From a virus (lineage: Duplodnaviria; Caudoviricetes): 31,836 nucleotides of DNA. The notes under the pieces are model-generated. The model was not told the origin of the DNA, made no database searches, and saw nothing but the letters and a program-made list of their open reading frames with translations. Shown one piece after another: positions 1 to 9,906 of the stretch (the stretch's first letter is position 1; each line of letters begins with the position of its first letter). The stretch covers positions 1-31,836 of the IMG/VR virus record IMGVR_UViG_3300043391_000065; one strand, written 5' to 3'. The position numbers and the translations under genes are program-made.

Positions 1-1135
1 CTTCTGACTGTCTTTGAGATTCTATGATCTGGTCAGCAGTAGCTCCTGCATCAACTTTAGTGTATAAATCTACAAATGAAGTTTTAGTATCTTCATCAAA
101 TCTATTTGTACACAATTCAATTGCTTTAAGTTTATTACTAAAGATAGAGTAAGCTTGTACAATATGTACTAATCTTCTGGTAGATATAATCTCATCTACG
201 CCACCATCAAAGTAAGTTTTTCTGATAACATCCGCCCACGTAACAAGTTTGTTAACATAGTTGGTATCTTTTTTACCAGTTGCTTCTAAGGTATTGTTTA
301 GAATTTTCTCCTCAGTTTTTGCGTTTGGATATCTTTGTTCAAACGTAACTGGAAATCTTTCAAGGAAAGCTTCGTTAAGAATATTGGTACCGATAAACTT
401 ACCATCTTCTGAACCTTGACCTTTAGTATTGGCAGTTGCCACTACGTTAAAGCCATCTTTTGGTTTTACAAATTTGTTAATCTTTTTAACAAATACACCA
501 GAGCCTTCTAAGATCGGTTGTAAACACATAATCTTATTTGAAGCTAGATCGATCTCATCTAATAAAAGAAGAGCGCCTCTTTCCATTGCTTCAATAACTG
601 GACCGTTTTGCCATACAGTTTGGCCATCTTTTAATCTATAACCACCAAGTAAATCGTCCTCGTCGGTTTCAATTGTAACGTTTACTCTGATACATTCTTT
701 TTTAGCTTCAGCACATGCCTGTAAAATAGACATTGTTTTACCGTTACCAGAAAGACCTGTAACAAATACTGGATAAAACTTACCAGATTTGATAATAGAT
801 TTAATATCAGGATAGTTACCGAATGGAACAAACACTGGATCTTTTTTAGGTACAATGTCGCCTGTTAAAGAAGATACTATATAAGCGGCTTCCTTTCTAA
901 TTTCAACATTATCAACAGTTGACTTAACATCATCAACTTTTTTAATATCACCGTCTAAGGGTAATCTAAAAGTTGCCTTATCAACTTTGTATTGTTTATC
1001 TTTAATTAACCACTGTGGAGCATATTTACAACCAAATTTTTTATTTGCTTGTATCAATTCCTGTTTAGTTAACACATCTTTGTTAAATAGGCCATAAGCG
1101 TACTTAACATACTCACGTTGTTTATTGTTTAGCAT
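1..1135 (-). CDS. cobS: CobS-like / MoxR-family AAA+ ATPase, runs off the left edge of the window (3' end missing)
   Basis: Not in the ORF track; translated by hand from ATG at 1135 (SD AAGGA upstream): MLNNKQREYVKY...VFVTGLSGNGKT (Walker A)...LLLLDEID (Walker B)...VVATANTKGQGSEDGKFIGTNILNEAFLERF. Directly follows the VWA partner, as in aquatic T4-like phages. Confidence 0.9.
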   Translation of the reverse strand, partial: MLNNKQREYVKYAYGLFNKDVLTKQELIQANKKFGCKYAPQWLIKDKQYKVDKATFRLPLDGDIKKVDDVKSTVDNVEIRKEAAYIVSSLTGDIVPKKDPVFVPFGNYPDIKSIIKSGKFYPVFVTGLSGNGKTMSILQACAEAKKECIRVNVTIETDEDDLLGGYRLKDGQTVWQNGPVIEAMERGALLLLDEIDLASNKIMCLQPILEGSGVFVKKINKFVKPKDGFNVVATANTKGQGSEDGKFIGTNILNEAFLERFPVTFEQRYPNAKTEEKILNNTLEATGKKDTNYVNKLVTWADVIRKTYFDGGVDEIISTRRLVHIVQAYSIFSNKLKAIELCTNRFDEDTKTSFVDLYTKVDAGATADQIIESQRQSE

Positions 1136-1237
1136 AATATAATAGTCCTTTTTTCATTGTTTATATGTCCATAATAACATAACATTGTGTCAACATTATG
1201 TCTTTTTTTAAAGAAAAAACCTTTTAAATTCATAAGC

Positions 1238-3490
1238 TTAAACGATTTGTTCAATAAATTTGTTCAGTAGTACTCTGGAATACAGTCTATTTTTCATAGA
1301 TTTGGTAAAGATTCGTTTAATTTCACTAGTTGTATTACCACTATTAATAGTACTTAAATCGGCGTTTTCAATATTCATGTCTTTAGCATTAACAACATAG
1401 TAAGAATTGTAACCAGCTTTAGGTATTTCTATTACTTTATCTTTTAAAAATTGTTTTCTAAGTTTTTCAAAATTTGAGTTATATGATAATTTACCATTAG
1501 CTGAAACATATTCATCTACAAATTGACCAAAGCCATTTTTGTTAACTCTTTTAGATAAGTAAAAACCTATTGTAGTAACATTATATTTTGATTGTAATAT
1601 TTTTAATAACGTTGATGTAAGACACGATCTATATGAATCGTAATGTCTACCTTTATAATCTCTTTCAGTGGTATATCTTTTTTTACCGTCTTTAATAATT
1701 GTTTGTGTATCCCATTTTTCAATATGAGATTTGTTATTAGGTTTAGTGGTGTCAATATTAAAACTAGCAGCCTCACTATTAGATTCACCATCAGTAAGAG
1801 TAATAAATGAAAGTTTTTCTACTTTGTATTTTGCTTGAAATAAAGGTATTAATTTATTACACATTATAATTGCTTCATTTAACGGTGTTGATGTTAAATG
1901 ATATTCTTGGTTAACAGGAATGGGATATCCTTTATAGTGCATATCATCACTAACATAACTAAATGATCTGTTAAAATAATTGGCCATCATATAAAGATAT
2001 GTTAACGATTCGTGTAATACTGTTTTTTTCATTCTATGGCTGACAACGTTTACTAGGTGAGAGTTTTCAGCAAACATATTACCATTTTTAAATTTAAAAT
2101 ATTCTTTTGGATCGTTTTTTTTGTCCATAGTATCTTTAAATAGATATACTTCAAATGGTATGTTAATTTTTTGACAAAACCAAACCAAATTACATAATTG
2201 GTGTACCGTTTTATTCATTAGATCACACATAGATCCTGACCAGTCTAATAACATTATCATGCCGTGGTTTTTGCTATCAGGTAATACTGTTAATCTTTTG
2301 AAGATATCATCGCTGAATTTATAGTTTTTTAATTTAAGAGAATCAATAACTCCTGTTTTGTCTGTAGTGGTTCTCTTATGGGCTGTAGCTGCTTTTTTCA
2401 TTTCAAATTCTTTAACCAAATACATTACAGTTTTAGTATTATCTTTTTTAAATTTTAAAAAATCTTGTTTAATCCAATTCCAGTATGTTTTGTACATTTC
2501 TGTATTTGAATTGCCATTATTAGTTTTGCCTGAACAATGTTGTAATACGTTGTCTCTCATATCTTTTAAAAATTGTTCGTAAGGTACTAAAGTATTTTTA
2601 AAATTAGGTTCAGGTAATGTAGCGTATCTATAATTTTTACTTTTATCTAATAACTTATCAATAGACTGTTCAAATGTTTTATCTGTAATACAGTCTAAAG
2701 CAGTATCAACTCTAACATTATCACCACCAGCGCCATTAGGGTTACCAACTTTAGCGTTTGCTTGTTCTTTGTTGTCAGAATCTTCTTTTGATTCATTTGA
2801 ATTTGATGATTGATTATTAGTTTCAACTGATTGTTGTACTTGAATTTTTTTACCGTTTTTATCTAATTTATAATTTTTAGCTAATGGGTGATTATCAAAA
2901 TCTGGTAACTTAGATAATTGATCTAATTGTTTCTCTTGGTGGCCATATAACTGTTTAGCAATTTTTAATACATCAGTAAATGTTTTGATGCTGTCAATTT
3001 TATCTACCCACAATTGCTCTTCTTTTGAAAATTTAAAATTTAATTTTTTAGAAGATTTGTAATACATGTTAATTTTATCAATTAACATTAAATCAGTGTT
3101 TATATTTTTCCCTTTTAAACCGAAGAAATTATCTTTTGTTAATACTTCAAAAGCATTAATATAATTTCTTACAATACCTGGATATTTTTTTTGAATTAAT
3201 TTGTCAATTCTTGTATCTTCAATAACGTTAACATAAGCTCTATATTTTGGATCTTCTAATTTAGACCAAGCTTTCATAGGTGTATGTAAAGCGTGTGAAC
3301 ATTCGTGAGCTGTTAACATATCATAAACATCACCTGATGGTTTTTTAAATATTGGTAATGTAACGATTCTATTTTCTAAATCAAAAGAGGCCGTTTTTAC
3401 GTTGTTATGTTCTACTGATAAATTTTCTGTAGCAAATAATTTTGCTAATTGAGACTTTGATTCGATATTTACTTTATTAACTTTAACCAT
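1238..3490 (-). CDS. CobT-like protein: N-terminal HExxH metallopeptidase-like domain plus C-terminal VWA domain
   Basis: AHECSHALHT (HExxH), NVIEDTRID, MIDAS motif LLDWSGSM, TPLNEA, LTDGES; adjacent to the CobS-like ATPase. Confidence 0.85.
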   Translation of the reverse strand: MVKVNKVNIESKSQLAKLFATENLSVEHNNVKTASFDLENRIVTLPIFKKPSGDVYDMLTAHECSHALHTPMKAWSKLEDPKYRAYVNVIEDTRIDKLIQKKYPGIVRNYINAFEVLTKDNFFGLKGKNINTDLMLIDKINMYYKSSKKLNFKFSKEEQLWVDKIDSIKTFTDVLKIAKQLYGHQEKQLDQLSKLPDFDNHPLAKNYKLDKNGKKIQVQQSVETNNQSSNSNESKEDSDNKEQANAKVGNPNGAGGDNVRVDTALDCITDKTFEQSIDKLLDKSKNYRYATLPEPNFKNTLVPYEQFLKDMRDNVLQHCSGKTNNGNSNTEMYKTYWNWIKQDFLKFKKDNTKTVMYLVKEFEMKKAATAHKRTTTDKTGVIDSLKLKNYKFSDDIFKRLTVLPDSKNHGMIMLLDWSGSMCDLMNKTVHQLCNLVWFCQKINIPFEVYLFKDTMDKKNDPKEYFKFKNGNMFAENSHLVNVVSHRMKKTVLHESLTYLYMMANYFNRSFSYVSDDMHYKGYPIPVNQEYHLTSTPLNEAIIMCNKLIPLFQAKYKVEKLSFITLTDGESNSEAASFNIDTTKPNNKSHIEKWDTQTIIKDGKKRYTTERDYKGRHYDSYRSCLTSTLLKILQSKYNVTTIGFYLSKRVNKNGFGQFVDEYVSANGKLSYNSNFEKLRKQFLKDKVIEIPKAGYNSYYVVNAKDMNIENADLSTINSGNTTSEIKRIFTKSMKNRLYSRVLLNKFIEQIV

Positions 3491-3496
3491 ACATAT

Positions 3497-3525
3497 AATA
3501 TAACACCTTTATATGAATAAAACAA
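3497..3525 (-). promoter_or_regulatory. Putative sigma70-type promoter for the cobT-like gene
   Basis: Minus strand TTGTTT-N17-TATATT with TG extended -10; -10 box ends 6 nt before the ATG. Confidence 0.5.
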
Positions 3526-3599
3526 TAGTTCCGAACAAAATTAAAAGGCAATATAATCAATGACTTACGGAAGATTGTGTCTAAATTAAGACAGGACCG

Positions 3600-4907
3600 T
3601 TATCGGCCGACTTGAAAAAGGTATTTTTTCTTCGTTTCTTCCCAATTTAAATAGATAATATCGTCATAGAAATGAGATTCTTTAGATACTCTACCTTGTG
3701 CTATAAGTGATTCTATTCTTTTCTTAGCATACTTTGTTTTCCATATATGCGTTAAAGCTTCTGTTGAGTTATCAAATGCTCTTATTAGTTTATCTTCTTG
3801 TATTTGTTCTTTTAAATACTCTTTTGTATTCTTAAATAGTTCACTAAAGTAAATACCTCTTGCGTGTTCTGATTTAATCAATTTCTTTTCTATACCTAAT
3901 TGACTATATGTAAATGAGTGGCTTCTATTTCTGTGATCTCTTTTATGTGGTTGGCCACTTTTTTTCTTTGCTACATACCATTCAAAGTATTTTCTAGTAT
4001 GGTTTTTCATTAACCATTGTTGTATAAGTTTTCTTGTTGATCTTTCTGTTTCAAACGATACTGAACCTGCTGTCCAACCCATTTTCTTCCAGTGATCTAA
4101 TCTATCGTATTGTGATAATGGTATTGTTTTTGTTTTACCATATAAAGATGTTGTTGTAACACCTACTAGTTTATCTCCATATTGTTTCTCCCAAGTTTTC
4201 TCAACTGTATCTGATAAACATAATAGTGCTAATAATTTACCGCCAACTAAATTATAACCTAGTGGCTGTACAGGAACAATCGTACTACCAATACAAGTAT
4301 GATTAATCATTCTTTGTGTTTTGGCTTCTCTGTCCCAACCAATATATTCATCTCTTGGTGTTAAATCTAAAAAGTCTGAGGACATACAAGTAACACCTAG
4401 ATACTTTTCTGTTTTTTTATCTCTTATAAGAAAGTATAAATTGCGACCAATGTTACTATTGTTTTTCATTGTAGATAAAAATGTTCTAAGTGTATTCCAA
4501 ATGGCCGGTAATTTCTTACCTGTTACTGAACCTACTTTTCCTTCGTTCTCAATATCAGTGTAAATAAGTTCTGGTTCTAAATTTAAATACTCCATTGGAT
4601 CTTCAGGATTCCAAAAGTTGTTTTTTACTTCTTGTATAATGGCACCTTGTTCTGGATCGACTAGTGCTGGCCTGTCATCAAAAAAACTGTTAGTTTCTAT
4701 AGTAGGATATTTTTGATGCACTTCACACCATTTTTGATATAGTGTATATTCTTTTACATTCATAACAGACACAAAAGATAAGTCTTTAATCACTACATCT
4801 TTTAGTTTGTCTGTGTCTATGTTTGGTATTTTATCAAGTGGATTGGCGTCTTGCCATTTTTTCCATTGTTCTTCTATAAAAGGATCTAATTCTTTTTTAA
4901 CGGCCAT
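3600..4907 (-). CDS. DUF4338 / Druantia DruA-like protein
   Basis: Motifs NIGRNLYFLIRD, LTPRDEYIGW, PLGYNLVGGKLLALL, TTTSLYG, SQYDRL, W..MGWTAG resemble the DUF4338 family (recognition from memory). Confidence 0.7.
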   Translation of the reverse strand: MAVKKELDPFIEEQWKKWQDANPLDKIPNIDTDKLKDVVIKDLSFVSVMNVKEYTLYQKWCEVHQKYPTIETNSFFDDRPALVDPEQGAIIQEVKNNFWNPEDPMEYLNLEPELIYTDIENEGKVGSVTGKKLPAIWNTLRTFLSTMKNNSNIGRNLYFLIRDKKTEKYLGVTCMSSDFLDLTPRDEYIGWDREAKTQRMINHTCIGSTIVPVQPLGYNLVGGKLLALLCLSDTVEKTWEKQYGDKLVGVTTTSLYGKTKTIPLSQYDRLDHWKKMGWTAGSVSFETERSTRKLIQQWLMKNHTRKYFEWYVAKKKSGQPHKRDHRNRSHSFTYSQLGIEKKLIKSEHARGIYFSELFKNTKEYLKEQIQEDKLIRAFDNSTEALTHIWKTKYAKKRIESLIAQGRVSKESHFYDDIIYLNWEETKKKYLFQVGR

Positions 4908-4913
4908 AATATA

Positions 4914-4942
4914 AGTATATACTAATTTGTTTCAAAAGTCAA
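4914..4942 (-). promoter_or_regulatory. Sigma70-type early promoter for the DUF4338 gene
   Basis: Minus strand TTGACT-N17-TATACT; -10 box ends 6 nt before the ATG at 4907. Confidence 0.75.
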
Positions 4943-4943
4943 A

Positions 4944-5165
4944 TTATTCTTTACTTGGTATGAAATTTTCACCATGCTCTTGTTGTATAACATCTTTTTC
5001 TGACCATTGCAAACTTTTACTTCTGTTCATAGAGGCAGCACCTTTTGCAATACCAGGTTTTAGTTCTTTAATTTTGCCGCCTTTTTCTAAAAACTCTTGC
5101 ATAAGTTTATCTCGTTCTTCTTGCGACATCTTAGGTTTATTATCTTCTTCTGTATAACTAGCCAT
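4944..5165 (-). CDS. Small protein with SutA-like RNA polymerase-binding motif
   Basis: EERDKLMQEFLEKGGKIKELKPG resembles the Pseudomonas SutA helix (ERDAL..AMEEFL.RGGKVQEIEP); SD AAGGAG upstream; start overlaps the upstream stop (TAATG). Confidence 0.6.
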   Translation of the reverse strand: MASYTEEDNKPKMSQEERDKLMQEFLEKGGKIKELKPGIAKGAASMNRSKSLQWSEKDVIQQEHGENFIPSKE

Positions 5166-5992
5166 TACTCATCTCCTTTCTTTTTTGTTTTTAAACTTTC
5201 TAAAAATTTATCAAGCAATAGTGCGCTACATATATTATAGTTTTTTAATTCGTTTGTTAAAGATTTGTACATTTTTTCTTTTTCAATATAAAGAACTCCA
5301 TCTAAGATAGCAACTTTAATACAATTGACAGTATTTGATTTTAACAAAGCTACAGCATCATTAAACTGTGCGTGTTGATGTCCTCCTCCTGCTGTCAAAA
5401 ATTTAGTTTCTCCTATTACGAATTTTTTATTAACTCTAGCTATGAAATCTATACCTTTGTTTATGTTGTAATTGAATTTATTTTTTGCATAATACATCAT
5501 CTCGGAGTCTGAAGAATCTAAAATTGCGTCCTTATCGTTCTCATCAAACTCTTTTAAATTTACAACCTTAAATTTCTTGTTTTTTTTTATCCAATTTTTG
5601 AACATGGGTCCTATTTGTCTATTGGTTTCCTTTGGTTGTTCTATTTTTTCTTTTAATTCTTGCAGGTCTAATTTATAAATAATTTCACACAATCTATTAA
5701 TTGTTTTTTTATTCCTGTCTATTGACGATTTGTCTTGTTTTAAATACCAAACGTAAGAATCTTTAATAGGAAATAAATCCAATTTAGATAAACATGAAAA
5801 TAACTTTAGGTCATTTTTTTGTTTAAAGTTTTCTTCAATATTGTTCCATATATTTGTATCTATTTTTCTTTTACCCTCTTGAATTGTTGGATATATTTCA
5901 AAAAGATTATCTAAATAATCCGTTTCATTGGCCAACATTATGCTTTGTTTAATCCAATCATTCATATCTAAAAAAGGAATCATAGTATTCAT
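5165..5992 (-). CDS. Type II restriction endonuclease, Tsp45I-like (start may be 5965, MNDWIKQS)
   Basis: YLDNLFEIYPTI, LFPIKDSYV, PKETNRQIGPMFKNW, PD-(D/E)xK-type core KGIDFIAR...IGETKFLT..GGHQ.AQF, AILDGVLY, recalled as typical of the Tsp45I family. Confidence 0.7.
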   Translation of the reverse strand: MNTMIPFLDMNDWIKQSIMLANETDYLDNLFEIYPTIQEGKRKIDTNIWNNIEENFKQKNDLKLFSCLSKLDLFPIKDSYVWYLKQDKSSIDRNKKTINRLCEIIYKLDLQELKEKIEQPKETNRQIGPMFKNWIKKNKKFKVVNLKEFDENDKDAILDSSDSEMMYYAKNKFNYNINKGIDFIARVNKKFVIGETKFLTAGGGHQHAQFNDAVALLKSNTVNCIKVAILDGVLYIEKEKMYKSLTNELKNYNICSALLLDKFLESLKTKKKGDE

Positions 5993-5996
5993 ATTT

Positions 5997-6554
5997 TTAC
6001 AAAGAGGTCAACTTTTTTCTTTTTTGCATTTTGTTTATTTCTTTTTGTGCTTTTTCATAAGCTAAATCTAATTTTAACTTACTAACCTTTTCGGTAAACA
6101 GTCTACCTAACATATGATCGTATTCGTGTTGAAATACTCTACTCATCATACCATCTAAGTGTGCTTCTTTTAATGTTCCACTTTCATCTTCAAATTTTGC
6201 AACTATCTTTCTAGGTCTTTTTAGTTGTAAAAATAAAAAAGGAAAGGTTAAACAACCTTCTTTCATTAATACTTCTTCCTCGCTCTTATGAATAATAACA
6301 GGATTAAATACAGCAACCTTTTTGCCTTGTTCTAGTTGTGGATGCCCACCAAATACAAACATATTAAAAGGTAACCCGACTTGATTGGCCGATAATCCTA
6401 ATCCTCCATACTTGAACATAGTATCAAACATGGTGTTTGTTAATTCTTTTCTATCTTTAAAATCATGCTCTTTCAACATATCATCTGTAAAAGGTGCTAT
6501 TGCTGATTGTACTCTTGGGTCTGAGGGTGGTATAAGTTTTAGTTCTTTAGACAT
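5997..6554 (-). CDS. def: Peptide deformylase (start set to MSKELK, overlapping the gp46 stop)
   Basis: All three PDF motifs: GLGLSANQVG, EGCLT, QHEYDH. Confidence 0.95.
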   Translation of the reverse strand: MSKELKLIPPSDPRVQSAIAPFTDDMLKEHDFKDRKELTNTMFDTMFKYGGLGLSANQVGLPFNMFVFGGHPQLEQGKKVAVFNPVIIHKSEEEVLMKEGCLTFPFLFLQLKRPRKIVAKFEDESGTLKEAHLDGMMSRVFQHEYDHMLGRLFTEKVSKLKLDLAYEKAQKEINKMQKRKKLTSL

Positions 6555-8262
6555 TTTGTAACCTCGTGAAGTTGTGCTCTTTATCAAAGCGGATTATGTT
6601 TGTAAATCTATCAAATAGAATATCTCCTTTATGAGATATAATAAAGATATTTTCTTTTGGCATTGATTTGATAATTTTAAAAAAGTCATCAGTTCCTTGA
6701 CCATCTAAACTACCATCAAATATTTCATCTAGTACTAATAAATTTGTGTTTGTACTATTTTTCATTTTAGCTATTGTTCTCCATGTGAATAGTAATGCCA
6801 AATCTATTCTCATTTTTTCTCCTTCACTAAAGTTATTGTAATCAAACGTATCTCTGTGTCGGCTTTTAACCGTTTCATTAAACTCCTCGTCTAAATGAAA
6901 TGATACGAAAAAATCCATTTCTTGTAAATACTGATTAATCAATGTATTCATAATAGGTAAATATTTTTTAATGATCTTGGCTTTTGCACCTTTATCATTT
7001 AATATCTCTCTTATCACATCTACATATTGTTTTTCTTCGGTTACCTTATCTAATAATACTTTTGATTCTTCAAGGTCTACTTTTAATTTGTCTAATTGTT
7101 CTTGTATGTTTTTGCTGTCTGATTCTTTATTTTCTAACAATAATATTTCTTCGTGTATCTTATCACTATATTTTTTAAGTTCATCTACCGAAGTATCAAT
7201 CTTTGCAATTTCAACGTTCAATTCATTAACCTTTTGCGATACTGCATTTAATTCATTTACCTTTGTTTCTGTTTTTATTATTTCAGATAACAGGTCTTTT
7301 AATCCGCCTTCTAATTTGTGTATTGTTTGGCTTTCATTATCTATTTTTGTAGATTTAAATTCTTCGTTTATTGATTGCGTACATTCTGGACATGTATCAT
7401 TGTTGTGAAAAAACTCTAATGTTCTTTTGTGTTTCAATAGATTAGTTTCAATCTTGGCTTCTAACTTAGATAACTGATTAGCTTTTGCATTTATATTATC
7501 TCGTTCCAATAGATTGTTTTTATTGTTTTCTATTTCAACGTTTAATAAGGTAATTTTTTTAAGATACTCTTGTAAGTCTTTATTGTTTTTATCTAACGTG
7601 TTCTTTTTGTAGTCTTTGTCATCTATATTACGACCTTGCAATTCTTTAAAGTGTTTTGTTTCTAGTTCATACTTAGAAGTAATCAAATCACATTTATGTC
7701 TTATTTCTGTTATATTCTTTTGTAAATCTGATTGTTGACTTCTTAATATCAAATCCATTAAACCAAATACTCTTATATCTAATATTTCTTCTACAACTTC
7801 ACGTCTGTATCTTGGTTTCATTTTCATAAATGGTTCATACGAAGAAGAGCCTAATATAACAACCTGTATAAATGATCTATAATTCAATTTCATTATATTG
7901 GCCTCTAAATATTTTTGATAATCAATACTAGAAGCGTCTTGATTGACTAATTCACCATCTGAATATATTTCAAATTTGTTTGGTTTGATACCTCTTGTTA
8001 CTACATAGTTCTTTGTGCCTACTGTAAACTCTACTGTTACTTCTGTATCGGCATCATTTATTGTATTAACTATCTGTTCTTTCTTAATCATTCTAAATGG
8101 TTTGTTAAACAAAACAAAACATAAGGCATCAAGTAATGTTGATTTACCACTACCATTTGTTCCTATAATAAGTGTTGTTGGTGCTTTGTTTAATTCTATT
8201 TCTATTGGCGTGTTACCAGTAGATAAAAAGTTTTTCCATTTAATTTTTTTAAATACTATCAT
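6547..8262 (-). CDS. gp46: gp46 recombination endonuclease subunit (Rad50/SbcC-like)
   Basis: GTNGSGKST Walker A, long coiled coil with CPEC zinc hook, FSEGEK signature, LVLDEIFD Walker B. Confidence 0.96.
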   Translation of the reverse strand: MIVFKKIKWKNFLSTGNTPIEIELNKAPTTLIIGTNGSGKSTLLDALCFVLFNKPFRMIKKEQIVNTINDADTEVTVEFTVGTKNYVVTRGIKPNKFEIYSDGELVNQDASSIDYQKYLEANIMKLNYRSFIQVVILGSSSYEPFMKMKPRYRREVVEEILDIRVFGLMDLILRSQQSDLQKNITEIRHKCDLITSKYELETKHFKELQGRNIDDKDYKKNTLDKNNKDLQEYLKKITLLNVEIENNKNNLLERDNINAKANQLSKLEAKIETNLLKHKRTLEFFHNNDTCPECTQSINEEFKSTKIDNESQTIHKLEGGLKDLLSEIIKTETKVNELNAVSQKVNELNVEIAKIDTSVDELKKYSDKIHEEILLLENKESDSKNIQEQLDKLKVDLEESKVLLDKVTEEKQYVDVIREILNDKGAKAKIIKKYLPIMNTLINQYLQEMDFFVSFHLDEEFNETVKSRHRDTFDYNNFSEGEKMRIDLALLFTWRTIAKMKNSTNTNLLVLDEIFDGSLDGQGTDDFFKIIKSMPKENIFIISHKGDILFDRFTNIIRFDKEHNFTRLQNV

Positions 8263-9311
8263 GTCTCGCTGGCCTCTACATACAATTCTTTTGCAAACTT
8301 TTTTAATTTAGTCTTGTCTAGTGTTGTGTCAATCTGATCAATATAGTTGCCTAAAAATGTTAGTGTATCCTCTCCTTGGTCTAATATATCTTCTTTTACT
8401 GTAGATGTTAAGTCTGAAGTTAAATCTTCTATAATGTTTAGTTCATAAACATTTGTTTCATTATGGAATTTATCAACCAGTTTATCAAACATATCTGTGT
8501 CTGTTTTGTTGGATATAAAAAGTTTAACAAAAGTATTTTCAAATTGAGTTAAGTCTTTTTTTGTATAATCTTCTTGTTTGTCATTATAAATTAATTTTTT
8601 ATGTACTGTTATAGGATTAGGTATTCTTGTGAGTTCTCTTGTTTCTGTATCAAATATATGAAAACCTTTTGGACAATTATAATCAGACCATGTAATTTCA
8701 TAAGGCGAACCTAAGTAATATACGTGGCCGTCATCTGATCTTTTATGGAAATGCCCCGATATAACTTTTTCAAATCTTTTAAATAAAGACTTATCTAATC
8801 CTTGTTCATTAATATGTCCTTTGTGCATTTCAAAACCTTTTATCTCTAAATGCCCCATAACAATTTGTGCTGCTGAACTGTCTATTGAAAGTAATGTTTC
8901 TTCCATAATGTCATCACAAATCCATGGTAAAAATAATATATCCAGTCCATCAAAGGTAACAGTTTCCGATTTAGTATAAACTTTGGTGTTTTTTGGTATG
9001 TTTAGATTTTGTAATGCGTTTACTTCATTTGTGTTTTTGTAATAAGTGTCGTGATTGCCTAATAATACATGTGTATCTAAACTTAATTCTTCTGTTTTGT
9101 CCCAAAATTTTAACTTAAAATTATGAGCTGTATTGTGATTTATAAATTTTCTTCTATCTACAACATCACCTAAATGTATTAAAGTTTTGATATTATTCTC
9201 TTGTAGGTAAGGAAAGAAAACTTCCTCATAAAATTTATTAAAATAATCTATAAACGCTGGTGAGTCATTTCTAGCCCCCCAATGCGTGTCATTGATCAAC
9301 GCAATTTTCAT
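8259..9311 (-). CDS. gp47: gp47 recombination nuclease subunit (Mre11/SbcD-like)
   Basis: DTHWG, HLGDVVD, GNHD and SGHFH metallophosphoesterase motifs; adjacent to gp46. Confidence 0.96.
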   Translation of the reverse strand: MKIALINDTHWGARNDSPAFIDYFNKFYEEVFFPYLQENNIKTLIHLGDVVDRRKFINHNTAHNFKLKFWDKTEELSLDTHVLLGNHDTYYKNTNEVNALQNLNIPKNTKVYTKSETVTFDGLDILFLPWICDDIMEETLLSIDSSAAQIVMGHLEIKGFEMHKGHINEQGLDKSLFKRFEKVISGHFHKRSDDGHVYYLGSPYEITWSDYNCPKGFHIFDTETRELTRIPNPITVHKKLIYNDKQEDYTKKDLTQFENTFVKLFISNKTDTDMFDKLVDKFHNETNVYELNIIEDLTSDLTSTVKEDILDQGEDTLTFLGNYIDQIDTTLDKTKLKKFAKELYVEASET

Positions 9312-9312
9312 A

Positions 9313-9900
9313 CTAACTCATTAAAAAATAATCTAACTTACTTTTTTTCTTTTGAACTTTTTTTTTCTTTTTTGTTTTTTCTTTTTTCATTTCCCTATAT
9401 GTTGTTAAACTTTCAACTTTAGGTGTTTCTTCCATAGGTAAATTCTTTTTTAAAAATTCAGTAAATTGATTTTGAAACTCTCTATCTTCACCAGGCTGTA
9501 ATGTTAAATCGTCAAAGTTAGAGTTCATTAATATTCTGTGTTTAATTGTAACTTGCTTTTTCTCTTTTTGTATTCTTCTTATAAATGCGTAATATATAAT
9601 TTGTGTAAAGTAAGCAAACGGATTATTTGATTTGTCTGGATTGAAATTGTCTAAGTACTGTAAACAGTTTTCTATACCGTCAGAAATCATATCATCTCTA
9701 AACGTGTAATTAATAAAATTTGGCCTATATGATAAGTGATTTGCTATTTTTAAAAAACAAGTTCCTATATAATCAGGAACTCTTGGTTTTTTTTTATTTT
9801 GTTTAATTGATTCTTTGACTGTTTTTTTATATTCAATCATAGCGGCCAGAAAATCTTTGTTACTTACGTAATGTTCTTTTGATTTTTTTGATGTTGTCAT
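9313..9900 (-). CDS. gp55: gp55 late-transcription sigma factor
   Basis: HYVSNKDFL, YRPNFINYTFRDDMISDGIENC, NPFAYFTQIIYYAFIRRIQKEKKQ. Confidence 0.96.
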   Translation of the reverse strand: MTTSKKSKEHYVSNKDFLAAMIEYKKTVKESIKQNKKKPRVPDYIGTCFLKIANHLSYRPNFINYTFRDDMISDGIENCLQYLDNFNPDKSNNPFAYFTQIIYYAFIRRIQKEKKQVTIKHRILMNSNFDDLTLQPGEDREFQNQFTEFLKKNLPMEETPKVESLTTYREMKKEKTKKKKKVQKKKSKLDYFLMS

Positions 9901-9906
9901 AATTTA

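Noticed and set aside
1160-1200. TTGACA upstream of cobS as a sigma70 promoter
   Set aside because: No acceptable -10 box at 16-18 nt spacing.
5997-6554. Peptide deformylase as a novel auxiliary gene
   Set aside because: Already well known in marine T4-like phages.
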